Shown piece after piece: positions 1-12,021 of a DNA stretch of 64,000 nt. Below the pieces are notes generated by a model. It searched no databases and had not been told where the DNA came from. It worked only from the letters and a program-made list of their open reading frames with translations. This stretch comes from Octopus sinensis. Lineage: Eukaryota. The DNA is taken from contig NC_043021.1 of the NCBI RefSeq assembly GCF_006345805.1, positions 24,738,001 through 24,802,000 on the forward strand. Reading direction: 5' to 3'. A program made the translations under genes and the position numbers. The stretch's first letter is position 1; each line of letters opens with the position of its first letter.

Positions 1-40
1 TGACAGAGCTGTACTTTTTAATTACAAGTACACTCCATCA

Positions 41-181
41 AGCAGGTTTCCATCAACTGAATTTCACTCACAAAACTTGGGTAAAAATCAAAAAGACAAT
101 TGCCTATGATGCCACGCAGTGGGATTGAACCTGAAAACACAGTTGTCAAACCAACTACTTAACCCCACAGCCATGCCTGCC
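41..181 (-). mobile_element. SINE family A, degenerate 5' half
   Basis: Reverse complement matches the head of the intact family-A copies (e.g. 38393-38839): ccacgcagtgggattgaacc...cttaaccccacagccatgcc. Confidence 0.7.
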
Positions 182-615
182 TGCCTCCTCTGTGGTAAGA
201 CATTCCCACCCACAGGGTTCTAAGTTTGATCCTCTTGGGTTGACCAATATCTCATGTGTGGAATTTCTGAGGATGGAAACTGTACTGAAGTTCACTCAGC
301 ACAAGTGTGTCCGTGTTTATGGACTTGACAAAACACTCCTGGTTAAATAAAAGAGAGATACCAAAGCAAACTGAGAGACGTGCCTAGGGAGGAGCGGGGA
401 GATCAACCAAAACAAAACCCCACAGTTGGTGCCCCCTGCAGAGTCACAGTCCAAGAACAAACAGTAAAAAGGAGAAATGGTAAAACTAACAACCAACAAG
501 CAGAACTGAAATAGTAGACTTCAATAATTTGAAAGTGTGTGTGTGTGTGTTGTAATACAGGTAGCCATTTATCTTCTACATAACACCTGTGGCTGTCCTA
601 TCATAATTTAGCCAC

Positions 616-852
616 TCAACACTTGGCATAAAGCCACCTCCCACTACTCCAACCCCACTTAGTTGAAGGTCTTTCCTCGTTTTGAAAATTACCAGGTGAC
701 CATACTAGTGCCAATGTCATGAAAGAAAAAGCACCCAATACACTCTGCAAAGAGGTTGGAGTCAGGAACAGTATCCAGCTGGAGACAAACCTTACCGAAA
801 CAGGCATTAGAGCTCAAAGCAGTCCTTCCAGCCAAACCAGGCATTAAATGAT
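616..852 (+). mobile_element. RTE-tailed repeat (family B), degenerate 3' part
   Basis: aaaaagcacccaatacactctg...ggttggagtcaggaacagtatccagctg...gcattaaatgata matches the family-B tail at 48080-48320. Confidence 0.65.
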
Positions 853-1431
853 AATATATGTTGAGTAGTTTATGTTCCCAAAGATGTTACCCAACCAAAA
901 GGCTCTAAAACATCAACTTCACCAAGAATTAACTCAATAATAAACAAACCCCAAAACCTTTGCTAAAAGTGACAGTATGATCAGTAAAGACTTTGTATAC
1001 AATAGTGATTTCAAATTTTGGCACAAGGCCAGCAACCTTGGAGAGAGGTTAAATCGATCACATCGACTCCAGTGCTCAGCTGGTACTTCTGAGCAGTTCT
1101 GTGAACAAAAGCTTATTCTCGGTATGATGTTAGTTTTCCAGACATTCTGCTTAGAACTACAGTATTCAATTCACCCTTAATTTTCTATTAAAACATTCAG
1201 AAACGCAACTTCAGAAAGATCAGTTATTTCTTTCGGTCCAATGTAGAGGCTTGCTTACTAACCTGACCATCTTTCTTCCGATACGATGTATATTCTGTAG
1301 ATGAAACACCTGCATTCTTTAGGTACCAACCCAAACAGTCGAAGTATTCTGCTATTATAATTAGAACATCCAACAGTAAAATCTTGAACAGGTTTCTAAG
1401 TCTCTTTGAAATAGAGAGCAACACATTTTAA

Positions 1432-1863
1432 CCCTCCACCATCAAAATTCCTCAAATGTAATCCTTATTTATTTACATTGTTTTCAATTAATCATGCATC
1501 ATTTTGTAGCATAACCCTTTCGATAACAACCTGTCTGAATCTGCTTCTGGCTCTGTAGTATAAATGTCTTGTTTTCAAAAGTTCTGAATCAAAATCTTCC
1601 ATAAACCTTAGTCACAATATATGTTCCTAACACTAGCTTAATGATAACTAAGTTATTTTACTAAATTCTTTGTTATATCTAAAATTGAAAGAAACACAGA
1701 GCATCTCAACAGAAATATGGTAACAAAAAAGATTCTGATGATGTAATTGTATATTTTTTAGAATGATATTGTAGGGCAGGTAAGAGAAGTCAGATCTGAC
1801 CTGTTTGAACATAAAACAGGTAGACTATTTGGGCTGTGTACAACTGGTTTAAATATTAAAGGG
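1432..1863. mobile_element. TTAA-flanked (piggyBac-type) MITE with a second TTAA-type MITE nested at ~1515-1731
   Basis: TTAA|CCC...AAAGGG|TTAA ends. Outer parts match 52444-52664; the inner part matches 34914-35110. Confidence 0.7.
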
Positions 1864-2604
1864 TTAAATCCTGAATCAGTACCCAGTTAAAACTACATGG
1901 CATATTCTCAAGTTTAATTGACACAAACATCTCACAACCAACTGATCAAATATATACCTGGAGCTACCCAACAACAATAATATGTAGTAGTGTTGTATGG
2001 TGTATATTAGTCGCCACAATCACATGTAAATGTGATGAGTTCATAGTTTGATATGTTACTGTTAGTATCAGGACTAATCTTCTATCGCTGGAATAGAAAC
2101 AAGGTAACACCTCCCTACACCCTTTAGATAAAATCTACTGAAAGAACAAATGACAATATGGAGCAACCTTTTTGAGATTTCTTTTTTTAAATAAGGAAAA
2201 GTTGCGAGTTAGAATTGAGTGCAAAATATTCTAAATTAAATGACTGAGACCAGTCATTAGGAGAAAGTTTTTTTTTAACTATTAATTAACCTTATCTTCA
2301 GGTTTTTTTTTTCTAAATATTTATATCAAATCTGATCAAACTATAGATATAAATATTAAACATGTTTTATCTCTAAAGATGAGGTTAATAGTCCAAATCA
2401 AATTATAATCTCGCTTGAAACCTTCTTACAGGCTTTCGGCATCTTTAATCTGTTACACCTGCAAGAAATGCAAGGAAGGTCTTCCACATCTCATCTCAGG
2501 TTTCTACCAATACAAGAGATGTTGAAATGGAAGAATCACTCCTTACCAAAAAATCTATATTTGCACTAAAATTATTTCCGTAATTAAAGAGATCCTCATT
2601 AAAA

Positions 2605-2920
2605 CAGCTTGCTTTGCAGTCACATAGTTTCAGGTTCAATCCCACTGTGTGGAACTTTGGGCAAGTGTCTTCTACCATAGCCTTGGGCTGACCAATGCCT
2701 TGTGAGTGAATCTGACAAATGGAAAACTGTGTGGAAACCTGTCATGAATATGTGACAACCAGTGTTGGTTCGATTACATCCCTGTAACTTAACAGTTTAG
2801 TGAGAAATATCAGCAGAATACCAGACTTTAAAAAAAAAATGAGGTCAATTTGTTCAACAAAACCCCTCAAGGCAGTGCTCTAGCATGACCACAGTTAAAC
2901 AAATGAAATAAAAGATAAAG
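2605..2920 (+). mobile_element. SINE family A, old near-full-length copy
   Basis: ggttcaatcccactgtgtggaactttgggcaagtgtcttctaccatagcc...ggcagtgctctagcatgaccacag, colinear with the young copies. Confidence 0.8.
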
Positions 2921-5030
2921 CAATTACATATTATAAGCATTTCCCATCATTTGTATCAATAACGCCCTTAAATACAAACCCATTTTTTATCCCTGTCCAT
3001 TTGAAACAAAGACTTGTGTCTACAAAAAGTTATCACCAGAATTATTATTATTAAAATAATGTGGTGGCAGAAATGGTAGCAAGCCACGTTAAACACAATA
3101 TATTATTCCATGTGGCAGTTCCTATGTTCTGGGTTCAAATATTACCAGGTCAATCTGGGATTAATAAATACACTACAGTCAAATCTTTCAATTCTTCAAA
3201 GTGCAATGGTTACATAAGTTTCCCATTTCTTTGTATTTTTACTGAACGATGCAAAGTCTTTTAATCTGCAGGAGTTGGCTAATAGAGTGCAGACAATGCA
3301 GTGCTCCCAAGAATGGTTTTCTCTACTTCCACAATGGTTGAGCCAGTCCTTTAACTCCAGCTGACCAAAACAACTTCTTATTGTCCTGTTCCCATTCTTA
3401 GTCAATTAATATTTCCCAATGAATTCTGTTGTGCTTCTGAACCAGAAAGGAGATCTTCAGCCAGGGAGGTGGTGATTGCCATGTCAGTTGGAGGGGGGAA
3501 CCATAATAGAACCAGTTATATTGCAATCCCAGTCAATACTTAATGTCACCTGTGAACTCTACCAAACATCTGGATGCCAAGAGTTGAAAGAGTCAAATCA
3601 ATTGACAATAATCTCTCCTCCACAACCTGGTGGCATTGTGAGGAACCAATATAATTAAGAAGAGACAATAATAGCTGTAGCAAAATAGGTGCTGTTTCAC
3701 AAGTGCAACACTGAGTCTTTCAACTTGATTTACTTTTCCTGCCCAATTAAGAAAATACTGTTTTCTGTATGATAGCTGAGTATTACTATGCAGCAATAAA
3801 ATAACTGCATTTTAAGATATTTTCTACTTCTTTCAACAAAATACTTTATTTCAGACCAATTAGAGAGATCAGTGTCAGGATTATTCACTGCCATGCTTTT
3901 ACAAATCATTCACAGAGCCTCAATGTGGTGGCTTCACCTGCTAGATATAACAACCAAATCTCTCTCAAATCACTTGATTATAGGCCTGTTCAGTCAGACC
4001 TAACCTGAATTAAACAAGAGCCTGGTGCTTTTTAAGTACAATAAATACAAATTTCAGTTGTGCATCTACCAAGCGGTATGCGAAACCAACAGAAGATAAA
4101 GAGGAGTGGCAGGAGGGGGCTTAAATAACAAACAACTCAATCATAACAATCAGAAATGTCTAACAACAACAACAGCATCCTTCCTTGAAGCAATTTATAC
4201 AGTAATGAGATTAATAAAGAAATAATATATGTTAATCTTTATCACGCACACATACACACACTCTGAGCAAAGTGTAAATGATTGATAGATCAAAACCAGC
4301 TTAAGAAACTATTTTTTTTTTGTAACAGAAAGATGTCACAACAAAACAATCTAAATTATTTTGTCTCAGTTTTAAAAGTAAATTCTGTAATGCAGGTTAG
4401 TTATCTAAGTTTTAATTAGTCAACCTGGGGAATTACCCATAGCTATTTTATGCTTGTCACCATTGAAACGATAAGCAAGTGGCATTAAAACAATGAAATT
4501 CTATTTGAACAACTGCAGGTGAGTGAAGTGAAATGAAATCACACACAGGATGTAATTACAAGGTATCAAGTTTGGGGCAAAAATGCCAGGATTTAAGATT
4601 GGTTCTGCGAAGGGGAGGATGAGTTTAGTGATGTTGGATGCAGTATGAGAATTTCAAGAGAATTGCTGGTCTTTGCTTCCTCTGGTAGATGGTCTATATT
4701 ATATCTACAAGCATGCTTTACAGTATGTTATACAGACCTATAGATATGTTCTGTAGTTCACTATAGCAAGAAAACTGTATCCAGTCGGCTGCACAATATT
4801 TTCAAGCTTATCTGAATCTAGACATGCATCATTACCATTTTAATGTCCACTTTTCCAGGTTTGCATGGAGTTTGCTGAGGCAGATTTTCTATAGCTGGAT
4901 GCCTTTCCTGTCATCAACTATCAACCATTTCCAAGTACAGGTTCTCACAGAATATTGGAAATAAATGTCACCGCTTGTTATGACAGTGAATTTGCAACAA
5001 TCATACAATGTCTCACACACACACAGACGC

Positions 5031-5166
5031 TTGGGCTTCTTTTCGTTTCTGTTCACCAAATCCACTCACAAAGCTTGAGTCATCACAGGGATCTAGTGGC
5101 ATGCAGTGGGATTGGACCCAAAACCCTGTGGCTGGAAAGCAAACTTCTTTACCACAGTCACGCCTG
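5031..5166 (-). mobile_element. SINE family A 5' half
   Basis: gggcttcttttcgtttctg...ccaaatccactcacaaagc...ttaccacagtcacgcc is the reverse complement of the family-A head. Confidence 0.75.
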
Positions 5167-5251
5167 TACATGAATCTATATTCATATTATCCATACTAAC
5201 TCATTGTATAAACTTTCTAAACAAAAATAGGACACAACTGAATATCATTAA

Positions 5252-5640
5252 CCATTTGTCCTAAATTCTGCACAAATCTTGTTATAACATTCAAGAAAAC
5301 ACATGATTTCACTCTGTAAACAAGGTCTGGCATGATATCTGAATTCTAGGAAGTTTTAGAAATTTTTTGCCCAGATTTTTTACTCAATTTTCTGATTTTT
5401 TTAACTCCAGTTTTATGTCAAGCAGTGATTCTGAATTAGAAGTTTTGAAAGAAAACCTGGAAAAATCTCGTAAAATATACAGCGAACATATAAACTGTGA
5501 TAATGAATTTTGATTCCAAAAATAAAACAAATGGTTTTAAGTTCTAATAACGATAAAGAAAAGGAATTTGAACCTAAATTTGAAAACTGCTTTCCTTAAA
5601 GATTTTCTGGAAGAGACTGGACCTAATCGGTCTTTCCTAA
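5252..5640 (+). mobile_element. probable piggyBac 5' end and transposase N-terminus remnant
   Basis: TTAA|CC at 5248-5253; ATG at 5415 gives acidic MSSSDSELEVLKENLEKSRK..., then DFLEETGPNRS in a broken frame. The matching C-terminus lies at 7580-7869. Confidence 0.45.
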
Positions 5641-5678
5641 GAAACTGATAAATGGAATATACAAGAATTTATTACTAA

Positions 5679-7530
5679 TCACAACAATTGTTTCAACACA
5701 TCTAGCATCAATTCCTCATGGGTGAGACACACAACAACTGGTTCAGGAGCATCCAGCGGTGCAGATGTATCCCATTGGGTGATAAATACAACTCATTAAA
5801 ATAACAGTTCCACAATGTAACTTCTCGTTTTGTAGAAAGAAAAGCAACCAGATGGAGGTTGATATCGAAGATCAAAAATAAAATCACAGATTGGAAAAAA
5901 GAGAAACGAACACACAACCCAGTGAGAAAAGTATTAAAAATAACAAAAATGGATGTATAAATGTCCTTGGGCAGGCTGCATGGTGCGAGTAAGCATACGC
6001 ACATGTGAGGTTTGGTACACCCACGAACACAAAGTGAGTTAACTATTTACTTGGTGTTTATAAGAATGTGGAGGTTAAAAGTAAACATAAGTCATCCATA
6101 CCTTAAAGTAAATTATGTTAACAAATACTCAAAATTCGCTATTACTGCATTTTGCTAAAGTACATTTATATGCATGTAGGCATCTTGAATCATTCAGAAA
6201 TTCCATGAATGGTCTTCTCATTAGTCCACAGAATAGACATGGATTCCTTGGAGCGGAGGCCGCGTCTCCTGCAAATTATATTGTATGGCTTCGCATACCT
6301 TACAATGGACTAAGTTATGCTGTACTTTATTTTATCCTCCTTCAGTCACCATACAAAATCAGTCAGAGATTTTGAATGTCTCTTATTGATTTCTTAAAGT
6401 TGGCAACATGGTTACGATAACAATTCTTAAATGAATCAGCCGTCTCCCTTGCATGCACAGTACATTTATATACAAGATTTGTACTCATACAGAGACTCAT
6501 CAATGGACATTTTGATTTTTCCCTGCATGAGCATTTATCGTATTTGTGGATAAGGCAGTCCTGACTCCATGTTAGCTGTATCCTAAATATTTCTACTACT
6601 CCCATTTGGTCATAATTGGTGTTAATCATTGTGGTTTACATCTCCTTGGTTGGTATTTAGATGCAAATGTTTGCTAGAACCAGGAGGTGGGTTATTGGAC
6701 CTTTACCGCATTTTGCTATTGTTTATGCAATGCATAAGCTGCTCTAAATTAGCAGAGCTAGCATAAAATACCTTCATGGTGTGCCAATTAAAAATAGCAT
6801 GGTACCAATTAGATTTAGGAAAATATTTGCCCAAAGCAGCAAAAAATTGTCCAGCAATCTTGGTTGAAACATGCGAACTGAAAATCAGGTTGAACCAGAG
6901 GACATCTTGAATCCTGTATCTGTTGTTAGGCTTATTTGATCGAATGTGTTGTACAGGATTGGAACAAGCAGTTGGATTAGCATATCGCGTGTGTCTATGA
7001 GTTTTCCTTGGTAGTTCATTGACATGACCAATTCTTCCTGGCCTGTATTACTTGAGTGAGTTCTCAAACTGTTGTGGTGGTGTACAATGTATATTACAAT
7101 TGGAGGAATTACCAGTGTTGTGTATATATTGAATTTTTTCAAGGTACCCAGCCCTAGTTAGAGCAGCCTTATAATAAGTTGCATGTGATTCAAAAATTTT
7201 ATTATTAGCAGATAATCTAGAGATTCTTGTAGAAATAGTCTTAACTAGTCCCCATATAATCGATGGTGGATGGTTGGATGCCACATTAATGTACTTAATA
7301 TGATTATTTGGCTTACGAAATGGTTCAAATAATCCAGCATCAAGACAGAAGGGAGTGTCAAGAAAATTCACTCTATGATAATCTTTACTCATAGTAATGA
7401 CTAGTCCTAAATTTTTGAAAAGTCTAAAGAAATTTTTCCTATGCCTTTCTAATTGTACTTTGTTAATTCTGTCCAGAAAAAATAAGGTGTCATCTCTAGA
7501 ACTCCTGTTACTTCCAGAAAGGAAGACTGG
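5679..7530 (-). mobile_element. Penelope-like retroelement, 5'-truncated (RT C-terminus, GIY-YIG endonuclease, 3' region)
   Basis: ORF 7048-7578 contains RDD...VNFLD...PFRKPNNHIKYINVASNHPPSII...RISRLS...YKAALTRAGY (Penelope RT/thumb). 6363-6629 gives CSCREKSKCPL..C....VYKCTV...FKNCYRNH, followed by LKEDKIKY...AKPYN in broken frames (GIY-YIG). Confidence 0.9.
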
Positions 7531-7579
7531 ATTAATATATATATATATTGAATCAGAAGGGCCCTGAAAACAAGGCAAC

Positions 7580-7869
7580 CATCTGCAATTCCGAGTACAT
7601 GTAGCAACACAGTTCAGAGCAGGTTATACATAGAAGAAAATAACTGTTGGGGAAAAAAATAACTAAAGCCTGCCAAACAGATACCCCACTGAAATCAGCC
7701 CATCTCCAGAAATAAGAGAAATATTGATGGTCACAAAAAACAGTACAAGAAATGTCTAGATGAGAAAAAGAAAGTTGTCAGTGGACGGTCAAATGAAACA
7801 ACTTCCCAGTGGGCATTCTGCAAAGTCAGATGATGTAGAGTAGGAAGGAACGGGAGTTTCTACGATTGA
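7580..7869 (+). pseudogene. piggyBac transposase C-terminal remnant (Cys-rich domain)
   Basis: HLQFRVHVATQFRAGYT*KK, then KKCLDEKKKVVSGRSNETTSQWAFCKVR*CRVGRNGSFYD; this resembles the HLxFRxxxA motif and Cys-rich tail of piggyBac transposases, with stops. Confidence 0.65.
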
Positions 7870-9714
7870 AATGTTGTACTATATGTGGGAGTGTGTATAA
7901 TTTGATCTTATATATTTTTTTTTTCTTTTTACCTCATTTTTATTTTTTTTTATTTACCTGAAATTTTAATTTACCTGTGACAGATTTTTATTAATTTGTA
8001 TTGTGAGTCATTATTATACAGGTTTCTGTGTATTTATGTTTGCATATGTGTGTTTATTTCATTTTCTAGTTTTCTTCAAAGATAAATTCCAATATTTTGT
8101 TCTATTTTATTATGGTAACCCATATCCTATGTGCATAAAATTCATCTGATAATCTCGTAATGCACGCAATTCTTCTATATTGTTGTTTACCCAATTAAAT
8201 ATTAACTAATGACTGATTTTCTATGGTAATGTTTAAACCATATTGAAATAATTTTAAATTTTGTTAAATTTACCTGTATTTACCTGCAATTAGATTCGCT
8301 TTGAAACAAAACTTATGCAAAGATTTGGTTAAGAACTTTTAGTCAAATCGTGTTCCAAAAGTCACAAAGGCCAATGAATAAATAAGAGTTGTTTTATGAA
8401 AGTAGCCTAAATTCACAATTTTATAATTTAACCAAAACACATATTTTGTTTAGAAATATAACAAAAGAGTTGAAGTTTTTAATTTTGTAAAAACTGTTGA
8501 TACAAATGTCCACATATGAAAGGGAAACACGTGCATACAGACAGAGCCACTATGTGGTCATTTGACTTCTAGAAATAGCAGCAAAATCTCTCAAATCTTA
8601 GAAAATGCAAGGCAGAAACATTGATGAATGGAGTTGCTTATATACAAAGGATGGTCGTGGCTGGACCTTCTTTAATCATAGGTGTTTGACCAGGGCAAAA
8701 CAGAACAAAAGCCGGCACAAGAGCAGATCTCAATTGCTTTACGCTCACATCTGGTTATGTAGCAATTACTGAGTGACTTTAAGATATGTTGCAGTTTTCT
8801 CAACACAGAGGTAGCAGACAAAACGTTTATAAGGCAACCCACAGATGTTGCAACGCAAATAATGCCAAATAATGAGCTGCGGTGGTACCACCAAGTGCAT
8901 TCTGTTATGCAGTATGGCCATAGAGGAAGCAATCTGGTGATAAAGACAAGTGGGGGTCTATTGTCCAGTTTCTTTTTGTGTTTTATACAAAATTTGGCTG
9001 GTTGCCACAGCTAAGATGAAGACAAAAGACTTGGCGCAGAGATTCCTTAGAGCAGGTATTAGAATAGGTGAGGATCGGTTAATGGCCACTGAGGTGTGTG
9101 GGCAGGTGTGTAGTAAGGAATCTGTTCTTTACCACACACATGCTTAACCACGTACTTATCTAAGTTTTATTATTAGTATTATCACTATATGATAATTAGT
9201 AACATAAAAATGAACGAATAAAACAAAGCAAACTCAATGAGAAATGCTTTCAGGAGACTTTTATAGATTTCTCTAAAATGTTACTAATTGTATATTAGTG
9301 CTGCTACTACTACTACTACTAGTAGTAGTAGTAGTACCACCACCGATGACAAAACAGGTTTTATCAAGTAACTGCTAGGTAATTGACAAAAAGCTAAAAA
9401 TAAAACTGTTCACAGGTTTGTTTGGTTTGTTTTTTTGTTGTTGGAATTTTTTTTTCTTCCTTGAACCTCAGTAAATAAAATTCTAAACTGAATTGTCATG
9501 CTAGATTTTAAAAAAATAATAATTCTATTCTAATAGATTTTATTTCCTTTTCAAAACAAAATATTTTGTTTCAGGAACCAAACACACCATAAATGTTCTT
9601 TGTCTCAATAAATGGACGTTGCTCTTCTGAATAAAATTCTTTACAAAAACACTAAAGCATATCAAGTTTGCTCTTGATACAAAAACAATCCTTCTCAGTA
9701 AAATACCATTTTAA

Positions 9715-9936
9715 CCCCTTTTATATCAACCCACCAGAAAATGTCCCTGGTTCTAGGATACAACTTCCAGCTTTAAATTGATCCGAATTAAAATCTTCTG
9801 TCAAAATTTCAAGTTAATTTATGTTTTAAACACCAGTTTATTTTCGAAAATAATCAAGAATTTATCAAAATGCTTTTGTCATCATTAACTGGAACCATAA
9901 CATTGTATTTCAACTGAAATATGGTAAGAAAAGGGT
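9715..9936. mobile_element. TTAA-type MITE, degenerate
   Basis: ttaaccccttt...aaaagggttcaa ends; interior similar to 34914-35110. Confidence 0.55.
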
Positions 9937-10964
9937 TCAATCATAATTGTGGGTTAGCCAGTGATTAGAGTGCTTTACAGTAAGTGTCTTAGGTTCAAAA
10001 GACCAAACGAGCCATGGTCTACTGTCCATGTAGTGTTAAATACATACCAGTACAAAAGAGCAATCAGAAAAGATACTCTTTAGTCTTGTAGGGGACAAAC
10101 TCTAGTGTCTGTGGTACAATAGAATACACAATCTATTTGTCAGTAACAGGATACTGGTAAATCTTATACTCGGTGTCTCATGAAATGAATTAAAGTGTTA
10201 GTAGTGGGTGAATATTTGACTTTTACACTCAATCATTGCAGAAGGGAACTTGGTTTTAGATAAAAGATATGGGTTGAGGCAGCAAGGAATTCCTTACATT
10301 ATTTTATTAATTTCAAATGCCACAAAAACAAAAAAAAGAAAGAAAATGCAAATCAGTTGCTTATTCTACATCAATAAACATTAATATTCTAGGATGGATT
10401 CACACAGCTAAAACTTCAGTCTTTAAAGAAATCTCCTCAGACCATCAACCACTAAAGAAGAAACCCCAATAGAAAAACTGAAAATGCTAGAAATGTCAGC
10501 CAAAAGTCCTCAAAGTAGAAACATCTTTAAAAACAACAGAAAAGCGGTATAGGATAGTTTAGTCTGAGATGTATTATGTCTGCAAAGAAAGGCTGGTCAT
10601 GGTTAGAATCGCATGAAACCAGGGTTTACTTGAAGCTCAACATCAATAATATAATTACCAGAGAATCTAGTGCATATTTCCAAAGTACAGACAACAAATC
10701 AGATGCCCTCCGTGAACACAAAATGCTTCCAGCCAATGCAAAAGCCATCACAAGTCTCACTGTACATCCTCATAATTAATGTCTGTTCTTCCATACTTGC
10801 ATGGGTCAGACAATCTGTTGACGTGGATTTTTTATAGCTGGATGCTCTTCCTGTTACCAACAAGTTTTATAGAGAAGACTGGAAGCAAACAACCTCACCT
10901 GTAAGATGGTAATGCTCATTTACAACCATCACAGAATGGCTAGACAAGGGTACAACACACACAC

Positions 10965-11125
10965 AGCTTCCACACAGTTTCTAAATCTCTCAAATTCACT
11001 CACAAGTTTTTGGTCAGCCTGGAGCTATAGATGACACTTGCCAAAAGGTGCCACACAGTAGGACTGAACCCAAATCACATACTTGGGAAGCAAGATTCTT
11101 AACCACACAGCCATGCTTGTGCCTA
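10965..11125 (-). mobile_element. SINE family A 5' half
   Basis: ctcacaag...gacacttgccaaaaggtgccacacagtaggactgaaccc...ttaaccacacagccatgc. Confidence 0.75.
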
Positions 11126-11518
11126 TATATTAATAAATATAGCAGAGTGAAATGTGTTTAATGAGTTTTAAACTATTGCTGTGGAATAATATATTCACCC
11201 AAAACAAAATGGGGCATCAAAATGAAATCCCCAGATTCCAGTTAACCAGTCATGCTCTGCTTAATCTCACTACCCACCCAAGAAAACAATAAATTAGACC
11301 TCCACAATAAATTTACAGGTGAATAAATAAATTGGCAAATTTACATACGGGGAACTAAGGGAAATAACTCAAAGTTGGCTAATGGTATGACTTCAGATAA
11401 GTTCAGGTAAGCAGAAATATGTTGAAGGATGTCCACAGAAATTTTATTTCTTCATTGAAGACAAAACAATAAAGAAAATGCAAATTCATTAAGAATTGTT
11501 TCATTATCTTAATATCTT

Positions 11519-11790
11519 CTATGTTTTACTTGTTTCATTCATTAGACTGCGGCCATGCTGGGGCACAGTCATGAAGAATCTTTAGTCAAATAAATCAATC
11601 GCAGGACTCATCTTTTTAACCCTGGTGCTTCTTCCATCAGTCTCTTTTGCCAAACAAGTAAGTTATGGGGACAAAGATACAAAAACACACATACACACGA
11701 AGGGCTTCTCTCAGTTTCCATCTAGCAAATCCACTCAAGGCTTTGGTCAGCCTGAGGATACAGTAGAAGACACTTTCCCAAGATGTGGTT
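11519..11790 (-). mobile_element. SINE family A, degenerate
   Basis: ttttacttgtttcattcattagactgcggccatgctgggg...gggcttctctcagtttcc...gtagaagacactttccc. Confidence 0.75.
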
Positions 11791-11982
11791 GGGGAACAAA
11801 CGGCTTGCCACACCTACACCGGGCGTCAATAGCTATTTTGCACATTGCTGCAAGTTTGAAAAGCAACACATCATGGGAACAAAGCAAATCAGTCTGTTTA
11901 CATCACAGATGGAAACAGAAAGAAAAGAGTATATGACTGACAGAGAGAGAAGAAATAGAGATAAAGAGGAAAAAATATTGGT

Positions 11983-12016
<34 letters not shown>
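11983..12016. repeat. (GA)n microsatellite
   Basis: Uninterrupted gagaga run. Confidence 0.95.

Positions 12017-12021
<5 letters not shown>

Noticed and set aside
1259-3360. Phase-compatible minus-strand exon pair (LELKDWLNHC... and YFDCLGWYLK...)
   Set aside because: Weak donors, no recognisable homology, not LIS1 sequence.
10659-10759. Minus-strand exon RLVMAFALAGSILCSRRASDLLSVLWKYALDSL
   Set aside because: No polypyrimidine tract at the acceptor, no similarity to LIS1 or any protein I recognise.
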